Sequence record: KT429160.1
Strand: one strand, 5' to 3'
Length of the DNA: 64,000 bases
Origin: Staphylococcus phage SPbeta-like
Position numbers and translations under genes: made by a program
Shown here: piece by piece, positions 19,601 to 30,100 of the stretch
Position numbering within the stretch: position 1 is the first letter of the stretch
How the letters are laid out: each line of letters starts with the position of its first letter
Notes under the pieces: model-generated
What the model was told of the DNA's origin: nothing
Seen by the model: only the letters and a program-made list of their open reading frames with translations
The model's database searches: none

Positions 19601-21968
19601 ACAACGAGTTAAAGCTGGACAAATTGTTGGTAACGTTGGTACTACGCATGATAGAAGATTAGGTGGCTTCTCTACTGGCCCTCACCTTCACGTACAAGTA
19701 AACTTAGGAAAAACTCCTTCTGGTACATTTATGAACACTTTCAATGGTGCTCATAGAGCAGTCGATCCTGTTAAATATGGATATACTAGAGTTTCTGGTG
19801 GCGGTAGTCTAAACTTAGGCTCGCTAACTTCTGGACATTCAGCGATGTCTGGTTCTATCAGTGCTGCAATGGCTGAAGACTTAAATGAAGCTGAACAAGA
19901 GCGTTTAAACAAAATTGAACAAGCAATTAACGCACATAATAAAGCTGAAGAAATGAAGCAAAAAGTTGATGAGCTTAGAAAAACGTTAATGGATAAACAG
20001 CTTGAAGAAGTTCAAACTGCTAAAGAAAAAAGTGAAAATCTTTATAACATCCAAAAATCTCACGTAGAAGAATATGATCATTGGAGAACATTACAAGAAG
20101 CACGATCTGCTAAATTAGAATACGAATTAAACAAAATCGAATTCGAAAAAGGTAGAAATACTAAAGAATGGCGTAATAAAAATAAACAACTTCAAGCTTC
20201 TAGACAACTTGAAGTTAATTTCGAAGACTCAAAAATACAATATATTAATAAAGCATTGAAGAAGAATGCAAATAAAATATTTGGTAAAAATACAGTAAAT
20301 CGTGATGAGTTTGAAACAATGAAGCGAGACGCTCAACAAAATATAAGAGATTTAAAAGCTGGTATTCAAACTGCTTCTGGTGAAATTGCTACTTCAATGA
20401 TTGATCAAATTCTTGATGAATATGAAGACCGTGTAGGTAAAGTTTCAGCTAAAATTGAAAAGATGGGTAAACAAAAAGAAAAACTTGATTTAGCCGATAA
20501 TAAACAGGCTTTGAAAAGTTCATCCCTAAGTAGACAACAAGCTAAAGACTCTAAGTCACTAGCTAGTTACATTAATTTCTATATCAAACAATTAGAACGC
20601 CAGTTAAAATTAACGGGTAAAAACCATGAATTACAACAAAAAGTAAAAGAACAAATTAAAGAAATGAAAGTTGCTTATGATGACGCTACCCTAGCCGCTC
20701 ATCAATATATTACTGAAGCTGCTGAAGTTGATACAGAAAGACAACTTCAATTAAACGCTAATCGTTTAAGAGACGCACAAAACGAGTTGTCTAAAGCTGA
20801 TTATAAAGCTGGTTTCATTTCACAAGAATATCAAATTGACCTATACCGAAAAAATCAAGAAGCTAAGTTCAAAGGTTACTTAAAAGAAAAAGAAGCACTT
20901 GAACAAAATAAATCAGAACTTCAAGACATGTATGAGATTTATAAATCTGTCCCTACTCAAGCTCAAAAAATCAAAGAAGCTCTAATTGAAACCAAAAATG
21001 CTATTAGAGATAATAATAAAGGTCTCTATGATTTGAAATATGATATGGCTAACAGTGTTATAAATCAAATTAAGGATATCTATTCAAAACAACTAGAGGT
21101 TGCCACGAAAGCGTATGATGATGAATACAAAGCATACGAAAAAATGATCAACAAAAAGCTTAAACTTATTGATGATGAACAAACTCAAGAGTCATTCAAT
21201 AAAGATGTCCGTGATAGAACTGAAGCAATGGATAAAATTAGAGATGAAATTGCTCAAAGAAGTGGTGACGATAGTTTAGCTAACCAAAAGAAACTTAAAG
21301 ATTTAAGAGAACAATTAAAACAACAAGAAGAAGACTATACGATGTTCATTAACAATAAAAATCGTGATGACAGAAGAAAAGCTTTACAAGATGAGCTAAA
21401 CGATAAAAACGAACAAATACAAGAACAAAAAGAAGATTTAAATAAAGCTTTCCAAGACTTAATTGGTGATACACGAAGATTTAATGCGATCCAAGAGTCA
21501 CTTATGGAAGGTCAAATTGATAAATATAAATCTCTAATTGCTGACTTAACTAAATACGTCAACGATAATATGAAAGAAATTGGACGTTCTACTAGTGAAG
21601 GAATATTAGATGGTCTTGCTGCTTCATTTAAAGGTTTGTCTTCTTTATCTAAAGAACTTCAGAAACAAGAAAAAAATAATTTGAACCCAGTACCTAATTC
21701 AAAATTAAAACCTACTAAGGTTGATGAAGCTACAATCGCTGCCATTAAGAAAGTTAATGGTTTATCCCCTACTACTATACTTCAAGGTTTAGATATCAAA
21801 CCTGTTAACCTTCCTAAAGATGTAAAACCAAGTAAAACAGTTACTAACAATAATAAAACGACTGCTAAAGCATTAGTTAACATTGAAAACTTCAACGGTA
21901 CAAAAGCTGAAGCAGATAAATTAGCTAATAACTTAGCAACTGCCATGAGAAAACAAGGCGTATTATAA
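13695..21968 (+). CDS. tail tape-measure protein with lytic transglycosylase and M23 peptidase domains
   Basis: 2757 aa; GTG start after RBS aaaaggagtg; long coiled-coil segments; a hydrophobic segment; lysozyme/SLT-like region (AVAGIMGNMERESRF…GIGLVQLS) and M23 motif (HHGRDI … GPHLHVQV) near residues 1740-2000; same architecture as SPbeta YomI. Confidence 0.85.
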   Translation: MASDFNIGILSTLEIDSSSSRKKINDTLKNIEANINSIKADLEVSDTKKSENNAIKSANNVIRNINSNGNLKKLNVELDVNLTKSRQNIQRALSTLSKDFKNKKIDIEVNAKANKNSIGQVKNSISKGASQPLEIKESPSSRSTSRDIKEQQSLMTGLANSYKNLDDLTRALNTSTFEGLRKTVKEIKNADNSLKSYQVTLERVNQEGKKLGSQRFDYTPSANGLKLNKTQLTDQTDKARKEENAAINKLLENEVSKYDRLLNKGKIDIKQHQTLLQTLRQITNEKSKANQFNRTDFNRVAKAAADEAKEYQYQNDMLRKKLALTSQIERIENRMAATIDKQQTNALKNQLNSLGNNRTPFGKEAAFHMNQIQDKVRQISAEAERATRTQLSFVDQFREAMTKFPVWMGATTLFFGAINGAKEMLDVITEIDGKMITLAKVTGDDNALQQTFIDANNAASQFGQTLGSVLDVYAEFARQGVKGNELSQFSNAALIAANVGEIDAKQASEYLTSMSAQWETTGNQAMRQVDSLNEVSNKYATTVEKLAQGQAKAGSTAKSMGLTFDETNGIIGALTAKTKQSGDEIGNFMKATLPKLYSGKGKSTIEGLGISMKDENGQLKSAISLLEEVSQKTKNLEKDQKAAVINGLGGTYHYQRMQVLLDDLSKTDGLYKQIKESSESSAGSALQENAKYMESIEAKVNQAKTAFEQFALAVGETFAKSGMLDGIRMVTQLLTGLTHGITELGTTAPIFGMVGGAASLMSKNVRSGFEGARSSVANYITEVNKLAKVNNAAGQVVGLQKVQTGTASQLQFNKNGEYDKAASQAKAAEQATYQFSKAQKDVSASAMIASGAINKTTVATTASTVATRAATLAVNGLKLAFRGLLAATGVGLAITGVSFVLEKVVGSFNAASQAAEQYKQKQEQTKQAIASMSNGEINSLISSYDKLQQKMNSGSAFNTAEAEKYKEVTSQLANIFPDLVTGENRYGKEMAGNKEVMKQKIELIKQEMELERQKNAIKQKEEQDAYIKEQDSLAKKNRGQKWYQLGQTPELKLQEQARPTTVSDNSNINKINATIQKVKSQAQAEKALEQVDKQLAQSQTKNRQNEVQHLQKVRQALQDYITKTGQANQATRAAVLTAQQQFTNQIATMKKLGTTGQQVMTTISNSVAKTAKSGKAAQATFKSFETSLVKSSSFKSKMASYEASVKKFKNAANQSAKIAALKDVERDYSKVAKGIMQAAKAANMSKSQMKDLKKSLQQNIQAETGFRASVSKAGKVTIDQSKKIKQNTAETRRNSSAKLQNADASDQASEENKELADSMRAGIESSQLLGKAMGELQSQGTLSTETLIELTEKYGDEILAVAGDQEALSNFIMQKQNEETDNYNKNLKTKLENSSSYYKAVAGADSALSNYLMENYGIDTKNYKSLTEVKAKITDLYYNGSAEEQAKVVDAIAKAYHIDLSNYGSLNEKKEALENQLMKILGSKWKKYIGSVAKDMKSLGVDAGEVGADGFDDSKMFNPGALIGANNFQNVSNLSNISNVFNSLNGAFNEAKNEAAGVSRGLDDAASGLKDVGDSAGSAGSGLGKTAKGADKASDSLDGTNKELEKTKEKAEEAGVTVKQLYKQFTVTTYVADKLSMALDKINNKLEKQKLLTEKYATWSSSYRNSLKAENKLLDEKTAKIKKQIESMKEQIAQGKVIEYGLVGKDINVPYYEYTANNLDDGETGRISRYTGNSTQAKVWNFFKSKGLSDHAVAGIMGNMERESRFKPGAQEQGGTGIGLVQLSFGRANNLRNYAARRGKSWKDLNTQLDFIWKELNTTEVNALRGLKSATSVIGAANSFQRLYERAGVVAQGERNAAAKKYYRQFKGTNGSSGFLSGGVVAGTNGKPLTSDRNAYILDRQFGRYNGGGVHHGRDITSATINGSPIKAARSGIVTFKGWTGGGNTLSIFDGKNTYTYMHMKNPARVVKGQRVKAGQIVGNVGTTHDRRLGGFSTGPHLHVQVNLGKTPSGTFMNTFNGAHRAVDPVKYGYTRVSGGGSLNLGSLTSGHSAMSGSISAAMAEDLNEAEQERLNKIEQAINAHNKAEEMKQKVDELRKTLMDKQLEEVQTAKEKSENLYNIQKSHVEEYDHWRTLQEARSAKLEYELNKIEFEKGRNTKEWRNKNKQLQASRQLEVNFEDSKIQYINKALKKNANKIFGKNTVNRDEFETMKRDAQQNIRDLKAGIQTASGEIATSMIDQILDEYEDRVGKVSAKIEKMGKQKEKLDLADNKQALKSSSLSRQQAKDSKSLASYINFYIKQLERQLKLTGKNHELQQKVKEQIKEMKVAYDDATLAAHQYITEAAEVDTERQLQLNANRLRDAQNELSKADYKAGFISQEYQIDLYRKNQEAKFKGYLKEKEALEQNKSELQDMYEIYKSVPTQAQKIKEALIETKNAIRDNNKGLYDLKYDMANSVINQIKDIYSKQLEVATKAYDDEYKAYEKMINKKLKLIDDEQTQESFNKDVRDRTEAMDKIRDEIAQRSGDDSLANQKKLKDLREQLKQQEEDYTMFINNKNRDDRRKALQDELNDKNEQIQEQKEDLNKAFQDLIGDTRRFNAIQESLMEGQIDKYKSLIADLTKYVNDNMKEIGRSTSEGILDGLAASFKGLSSLSKELQKQEKNNLNPVPNSKLKPTKVDEATIAAIKKVNGLSPTTILQGLDIKPVNLPKDVKPSKTVTNNNKTTAKALVNIENFNGTKAEADKLANNLATAMRKQGVL

Positions 21969-21989
21969 GATTGTGAGGAGATGAGATAA

Positions 21990-24071
21990 GTGCCAGATAT
22001 ATTCTCAATGGAATATACAGAGCTGAGAAATGCTCCCCACTTTATTTTTAACGGTTATCATACTCGTGATTTCAATGTAAAAAATGTACAAGTAGACAAC
22101 GGTTTAGCAAGCGACACGTTCCTTGCTGACCGTACGCCTACTATTGAAAAAACAAGGTTCAGTGAGAAGACTTATTTACTAGGTTATACTGAAGAACCGC
22201 TTAAATTTAAAGTTAGATTATTATTTGATGAACATAAATTCACATTGAATAATATTATGACGTTAAGACGAATGATTGACACTGCTGGCTTTAAAGAATT
22301 TAGATTTGACAATGAAGAAGAGTCTGCATTAAATATTGTAGTTTATGCAATGATTACTGGAGCTTCTAATTTAACTCATAATGTAATCAATGATGGTTAT
22401 GTTGACTTAGAATTCCAAACTAATAGTCCAAGAAGATATTCTGAAATCATGATTGATGAATATGACTTTAGTCGATCAGGTTCAGACAGATTAATTACTG
22501 AATTCAAAAGCGAATTAAATAGTATTGTTCAATTAGAAGAAACTTTCTCTCATGAAATTAAGCAATACACTGCTAGAACAAACTATGCAAATATTGAAGA
22601 ATTTTTTGAAGATAAGAATAAAGATAGTATTCCAGATGGTTGGAAAATTATCTCTGGTAATAAAAGTGGAATTGTTCTAAATAAAGACAAAAGTTTATCA
22701 TTAACTAATGTAAAACTTAGAAAACGTTTCTACCCTATTAATAACAGAAATTACTACATTAGATTTCATGGTAATGGTGGAAAGTTTAGAATTCATGAAG
22801 ATACTTATAAAATCACAGATGGTTTAGTCCATGAATTTAAATATAGAAGAAACCTTTTAGGCCATAGTGGTACTTTTGATTTAGATAGTTCTAGTGATGG
22901 AATTGGTGAAGGTTGGACTCAAAAAGGAGATAATGGTGCTTTTACTATTAATAAAGTAAGTGAGTTTCAGCAAATTACTGATGGTGGTATTTTAACCTCT
23001 CCTATTTCCATTCAAAAAATGCAAAAATATGTAGTGATTGCAGATGATTTAAATAAAAATTCTACTATCAAAGTTGGTAAAAACACAGTAACCAATACTA
23101 CTTCACTACTCACAAAGATGAAGTTTATTGGTAGCTTGTCAGATCATGATATTACTATCAGTGCAGCCACTCCAACTGATAAAGCAATGTTATCACATAT
23201 TCGAGTATTTGCAGTTACAGACGATGAATATGCAGAATTCGATACATTGACTGACCAGCAAATTAAAAATAAATACCCACATACTGACGCTCACGACTAT
23301 TTCGAATTAGATTTTCTAGATACAGCTGGAAAAATTAATTATATAGATATGTGGGAATTAAGTGATGTTAATAAAAAGAAATTAGATAAAGGAACTAAAA
23401 TAGAAGATATTATTTATACACCTTATAAGAAATATCTAGCATTCCTTAATAAATACAAAGCTAATTTCACTCGAATGAAGGTTGAATTACTTGATAACTT
23501 CGCTAAAGTAAGCGGAGATCCAACAATTAACTTCAGACCACTTCGGGATAAAACAACGATTTTATTGCAAAAATTCAATCTACTTTTACAGAGTTTATCA
23601 TTCGGTGACAATATGAAAAAGTATCAGTGGGCTGACTTACAACCATATTATCACCAAGTTTTATCAATCAAAGAGGAAACTGCGAAGCTTTTACCAGATT
23701 TGATCAGTTTCGTTAAACTGAATTCGAATAAGATTGATTTAATTTCAAACTTAGCTAACAGTAAAATTACAGTTTATAACTTTGGTGATAAACCTGTTTA
23801 CCCTACTTTTACATTTGAGTCAACAAATGGCTCAGATATATTAGTAAGAAACTTAGACACCAATCAACAAACAATCATCAGTGATAATCTTGCTGGTGAG
23901 ACAATCACTATGATTGGTGCAAGCGAACAAATTTATTCTTCTCGACCAGCTCCATATTTTAAATATGACGCACATGATGATAATTTTATCAGATTGGGTG
24001 TTGGAAGTAACGATTTAGAATTCGCTGGCAATTTTAAACTGAAAATTAAATATCAATTTGTATTACTATAA
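21990..24071 (+). CDS. distal tail protein (Dit)-like
   Basis: 693 aa immediately after the TMP; N-terminal region resembles the siphovirus Dit family (…HFIFNGYHTRDFNV…); long C-terminal extension. Confidence 0.55.
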   Translation: MPDIFSMEYTELRNAPHFIFNGYHTRDFNVKNVQVDNGLASDTFLADRTPTIEKTRFSEKTYLLGYTEEPLKFKVRLLFDEHKFTLNNIMTLRRMIDTAGFKEFRFDNEEESALNIVVYAMITGASNLTHNVINDGYVDLEFQTNSPRRYSEIMIDEYDFSRSGSDRLITEFKSELNSIVQLEETFSHEIKQYTARTNYANIEEFFEDKNKDSIPDGWKIISGNKSGIVLNKDKSLSLTNVKLRKRFYPINNRNYYIRFHGNGGKFRIHEDTYKITDGLVHEFKYRRNLLGHSGTFDLDSSSDGIGEGWTQKGDNGAFTINKVSEFQQITDGGILTSPISIQKMQKYVVIADDLNKNSTIKVGKNTVTNTTSLLTKMKFIGSLSDHDITISAATPTDKAMLSHIRVFAVTDDEYAEFDTLTDQQIKNKYPHTDAHDYFELDFLDTAGKINYIDMWELSDVNKKKLDKGTKIEDIIYTPYKKYLAFLNKYKANFTRMKVELLDNFAKVSGDPTINFRPLRDKTTILLQKFNLLLQSLSFGDNMKKYQWADLQPYYHQVLSIKEETAKLLPDLISFVKLNSNKIDLISNLANSKITVYNFGDKPVYPTFTFESTNGSDILVRNLDTNQQTIISDNLAGETITMIGASEQIYSSRPAPYFKYDAHDDNFIRLGVGSNDLEFAGNFKLKIKYQFVLL

Positions 24072-24131
24072 AGAGTCACTTTTGTGGCTCTTTTATATTT
24101 GAGTTTTTTAAGAATATAAGGAGGAAACAAA

Positions 24132-27100
24132 ATGACTTTAAATAACCATTTTGCATATACATTTGAGGAGAGACCTACCCCAAAATTATGGCTTTGTAAA
24201 CCAGATGGAACTAGAATTGAAAGAATTGCAGATTTTTCAAAACTTGGTGGAACATTCAAATTCACTAATGTGAACACTTTACATTTTGATTTGCCATTGC
24301 AAGTATTTAGTGAAGATACTAAGCAAATTGAAAGAAATAAAGTAGTTGATTTAGTAAAAAATAAATACTTAATTGATTATAGATATAACGGATATAGAGA
24401 TATCTTTGTAATTGATGATATTAAAAAATCTGCTAATGACTCTGATTTTATTACATTAAATTTAGACTCAAGAGCGTCTGAATTAAATAAGAAAGCTGCA
24501 AATGAAATTGAATTATTAGGTTCTACTATCCCTCAAATGATGAACAAAATCTTATCAGTTTATGCTCCACTATGGAAACTTGGACATGTTGATGGAAAAA
24601 TTATTGATGTTAAACGTGAGTTAACTGGTTCTAATACAACTGTTAACGCTCTTATTGATAATATTTGTTCTCTTTTTGACGCAGTTGCTATTTATAACAA
24701 CATTAATAGAACAATAAGCTTCTATCATAAAGACAATGTTGGTACTAATCGTGGTTTAAGAGTTAGGGAAAATAGTTATTTAAAATCATTTGAAGATCAA
24801 TTTGTATCAAAGGATATCGTTACTAGATTATATCCATTTGGTCAAAGTGGTTTAACAATTCAAAGTGTTAACCCAGCTGGCTCTTCTTATATTGAAGACT
24901 TCTCTTATTTCATGTCACCATTCAAACGTGATAATAACAGAAATGTATTACAACATAGTGATTATATGTCTGATGAATTATGTCACGCTTTGTTAGATTA
25001 TCAAGAGTTTTATGCTAGTAAGAAGGATCAAGCTGGTGAATTATCTAAACAATATAGTGCAATTCTTAAAGAGCATTCACAAGAAGACTTCAGATTAAAT
25101 CAATTAAGTGCTACACTTCAACGACTAAATGAGCGTGTTGAATTAGTTAAACCTAAATCAGAATATATTGACTTAGGAACAAAGGTTAAGAATTTCAAAA
25201 TCACTGTACCTAAATCATCATATTATTTAATCATGATTAGAAATGATGGTAGTTTCACTAGAATTAAATTCAATAATAAACAGTATGATATTCCAAGTGG
25301 TGAGTGGTTGTATATCAAACTTAAAACTGGTAAGTTTAATGACGCTACTAAGTTTGAGAAACAATTAGAATACCCTCTTGAAATATTAAGTGCAAACGCT
25401 AATTTAAGAGTGGTATATACTCGTTCTTCTGAAGGAGATTATGAAGAAGAAGATACTAAGACAATCGAAGAAAAATACAACTTAGAAAAATATAAAATTT
25501 TAGTAAAAGATCAAGAAAAAGTAGTCGCTTCAATCGAAAGACGATTAAAAGCTTTTGAAGACCAAAAAGCAAGTGTAATACGTTCAATGAATGCAAAGAA
25601 TTTCTTATCTGAAAAACTTTATAATGAACGTGAGTTATATGTTTTTGAGTCTGTTTGGACGGAAGAAAATCATACAGACGCTCAAGAATTATATGATGAC
25701 GCTGTAAAACAAATGAAGGAACAAAAGAAAATCAATAGAACGATTACAGTTGATTTAGTTAACTTCATTCAATCGCTTGACCATAAAGATGATTGGGATA
25801 AATTAAATGTTGGAGATAAAGTTGTTTTCCAAAACAAAATCTTCAATACTAAAATCAAAGCCTATATCACTGAAATGCAATTAGATTTCCAAACTAATCA
25901 AGTAAAAATTACTATTAGTGATATTTTTGATTACAAAGATTTAGACACAATCATCGCTGAAAAATTAGCCCAAACTACCTCTACTTCTTCTCAAGTTGAT
26001 TTCCATAAACAACAAATTAGAGAGCAAACCGGAAGAATTACAGATATGACTCGTCTTATCGAAGGTGAGTGGGACGCAAATAAAAAGCGTGTGATGGCTG
26101 GTAATGAAACAGTTGATATTGGTTCACATGGTGTTAAAGTCATTTCAAAAGAGAACCCTAACGAATTCGTAATCATGGTTGGTGGCGTAATTGCTATGAA
26201 TCGTGATAACGGTGAAACATTTAAAACTGGTATTACACCAGAAGGTATCAATGCTGAAATGCTTATCGGTAAGATGATCGTTGGTGAAACTTTAACTTTT
26301 GAAAATGAGTCTGGTACAGTTAAATTCGACAAAGATGGACTTTATGTTAACTCTAAAAACTTCCATTTAGTTTCAAATGATGGAGAAGAAGACTACTTCG
26401 ATAAATTAAAACGTGAAATGTCTGAAAACGCTAAACAACAAACAGACAGAATGTTAGAAGAGTATAAAAAAGAAGTTTCACAAACTATTTCTGAAGCTAC
26501 TGACGTTAGAAACATTGTTGATAATGCAGCAGATATTCTTCAAGCAGCTTTTGCTGATGGAGTTATCACAGATGTTGAAAAACGTTTGATTTCTGAAACT
26601 CTTGCTCAACTTGAAAAAGAAAATAGAGAATTCGAAGATAAAATTAACTTAGCTTTAAACCACCCTTACATCACTGAGGAAGATACTATTGAGTTAAATA
26701 ATTCTATCGTTGAATATAGCTCAATGTATGAAACACTTGTTATTTCTATTAATGAAAGTGTTAGTGACAAGATGATCACACCTCAAGAGTCTGAAGAAAT
26801 TAATCAAAATATTATAAACTTCAGAGAAGAGATCAAAGACATCTTATCATTAGTAGAAGAAATTATTGAACGAACTAAAAATGCTCAACTACAAGCTACT
26901 TTAGAAGAAGCAAAAGATTATACAACAAGAGTTCGTGACGATATTAAAGATGAATTAAAAGACTTAAATAATTCATTTAAATCTTTAAATAGTACAGTTG
27001 AAGAGTCATTACAAGATAATATTTTTGACGCTGCTGAATTAGAAGCTATTAAAACAGTTGTATTAGTAACTAAATCAGAATATCAAGATATTACAAATAG

Positions 27101-30100
27101 ATATTCTTCAATGTCTGCAAATACAGATTTAAAATCGGAAAGTAAATTAGATTTAACAAAATCTTATAAAACTTTAGATACTAGCTTTAATGACTTTGTT
27201 AAATATATTGACGAAATGACAATGGATAGAATTGCAGATGAGACTGAGAAAGTTAATTACAAAAAGAAATATGATACTTTACAAAAGAACTTATCAGATT
27301 ATATGAAAAAATATGATAACTGTATTTTGGAAATATCTAAAAAGTATTCTAATGACGCAGCAGATAAAGTGTTAGGTGACTTCACAGCTATTGCTACTGA
27401 ATTACAAAATGATTTCCAAGATGTTAAAGACAATTGGGCTGAATTCAAGCAAACTACTCTTGAGTCATTTAAAGATGGTATAGTAACTGAGGCAGAAAAA
27501 GCTCGACTAAGAGTACAATTAGATATGCTTGATCGTGAAAGCATGGATATTGAAGAACGATATAAAAGCTTACTTGCTAACCAATATACTAATACTGATA
27601 TTAAAAATCGCTTAACTGCTTCACGTTCTCCTTACTTATCAGTTCATGCTAGTTTAAGAAAAGTAATTGAACAAATAATTGCTGACGGAAAAGTTGATGA
27701 AAGTGAAAAAACATTAGCTAATAATTCACTTAATACATACAACACAACATTAACTGCTTATTCTAAAACAATTCAAGAAGCTCTAAATACATTATCACAA
27801 ATCATCTCTTCTGATGTAGCAAGTAAAAAAGTTGAAGAATTCAATGGTGTAATAACTACAATTTCTTCAGACGTTGATACAATCAAGAAACAAAGAGATG
27901 GTGCAGTAATCACTTATTATTATAGCGGTGTACCTACATTATCTAACGATCCAGCTAAAAGTTGGACGACTAATGATTTAAAAGACTTACATATTAAAGA
28001 TATGTATTTAGACACTAAATCTGGTTATGCATATACTTTCACTAAATCTGGTACTAGTTATTCTTGGAAACCACTTACTGACCAAGTTATTGTTAGCTCA
28101 TTGAAACAAGCAAAAAATGCACAAGACACAGCGGACAATAAACGTAGAGTTTTTGTAACTCAACCTATTCCTCCTTATGATCAAGGAGATATGTGGACTC
28201 AAGGTTCACAAGGAGATATTTATGTCTGTGGAACTTCGAGAGCTACTGGCTCATTCGTAAGTAGCGACTGGGTTAAAGCGAGCAAATACACTGACGATAC
28301 AGTAGCTAAACAGGCAGCAAAAGATTTAGAAGATTATAAAGTCAAAATGACTAAAGACTTCAAAGATTTAAATGACGGTGTATCTACTTTTAAAACTGAA
28401 GTGGTTAAAGATTTCAAAGATGGAATTGTAACTGAAGCTGAGAAAACTAGATTACGTGTTCAATTAGATATCTTAGATAGAGAAAGTCAAGATATCGAAG
28501 AAAGATATAATAGTATCTTTAACAGTCAATATGCAGATACTCAAGTTAAAACTTCTATTTCTAACGCACGCTCTACTTATAATAACTCTCTTACTAAGTT
28601 AAGAAACACTATTCAAACCGTGATTGAAGATGGAAAAGTAACGCCTACTGAGAAAACTACTGCTAATCAAACTTTAACCGCATATAATAATGCTTTAACG
28701 AGTTATTCAGCTGCTATCCAAGAAGCATTAAATAGCATGTCAAAAGTAATTGCTCAAAAAGAAGCTACTAGTCAAGTAAATCAATTCAATGAAGTTATCA
28801 AAAATATAAATACAAATATTACTGATATTCAAAAACAAGTTGATGGTGCAATTGAAACTTTCTATTACAGTGGAGTACCAACACTTACTAATATCCCCGC
28901 TTCGTATTGGACAACTGCTAGTAAACGTGAAGCTCATTTAGGTGATTTATATTTAGACACTGCTACTGGTGTTGCTTATCGTTTCTTAAAAAAAGGAACA
29001 ACTTCCCCTACTTACTATTGGTCTCCAATTTCTGATCAAATTATTACAGACGCATTGAATAGAGCAAAAACAGCTCAAGACACCGCCGATGGAAAAAGAA
29101 GAGTTTTTGTAAATACACCTGTTCCACCATACGACACTGGTGACATGTGGACGCAAGGAGCTAGTGGTGACATCTTAGTTTGTAAAACACCTAAAGCTAA
29201 AGGTGGTATTTACTCAATAAGCGACTGGGTAAAAGCTAGTAAGTATACAGATGATACAGTAGCAAACAGTGCTGTTCAACAATTAAATGAATACAAACGC
29301 ACTAATAATCTTGATATCGCAGACCTAAAGAGAAAAACTAGTGACTTCGAAAAAACAGTTGTAAATGCATTTGACGATAGAGTCATTAGTATTTCCGAGT
29401 CTTCATCTATTAAAGGACAACTTGCTCTACTTAATCACGAAAAAGATAGATTAACTAGACAATACGAAAATATAATCAGAAATTCTAATCTTGTTGGAGC
29501 AGAAAAAACTAAATTATCTACTGCATATTCAAATATAAATACTAAGCTTAGTGATTTAAGTACAACTATTAATAGTGCAATTGTTGATAATAAAATTGTT
29601 GACGCTGAAAGTAAATCTGTAACTTCAAAATTTGAATTGTATAAAGCTTCAGTTAATGAATATCAAATCGCTTTTGATAATGCTCTAAACTCAATTATTA
29701 GAGAAATCGCTTCTTCCCAAGCTAAAGATAGATTAGATGAATGGAAACGTACAGAATTTAGTACAGACTCAGACGGTATTATTGAAAGAGTAGCTGGTGC
29801 TAAGTTTGACTCAAAATGGACTGATACTTGGAGAAATACAGTTAACCCAGCTATTCAACAAGTGAGTAATATAACATATGGAAGTGAAAACCTATTACTT
29901 AATAGCGAAAGTCGAAGTGACGGTGCTAATACCACGACTCACTCTTTTATAAGATACTACCTGACACGCCCTTTAGAAACAGGGAAAACTTATACTTTAA
30001 AAGCTAGTGTTTTAACAACTGATGAAAGACAAAGTGGACAAATTAGTGTTTATCCATACTCCCCTAACGGAGCAAGAGAGACAGTAAATATTAAAGACGG

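Noticed and set aside
25991-26332. 113-aa antisense ORF within the Tal-like gene
   Set aside because: Embedded antisense in a long conserved gene; no start context. The same applies to 4923-5135, 7843-8058, 13203-13403, 17271-17477, 23423-23611, 24053-24277, 27299-27544, 28740-28937, 30828-31049, 32437-32631, 36853-37731, 40754-41911, 43972-44184, 44907-45092, 46384-46587, 47918-49036, 49547-49759, 50045-50233, 53176-53358, 53712-53906 and 55185-55397.
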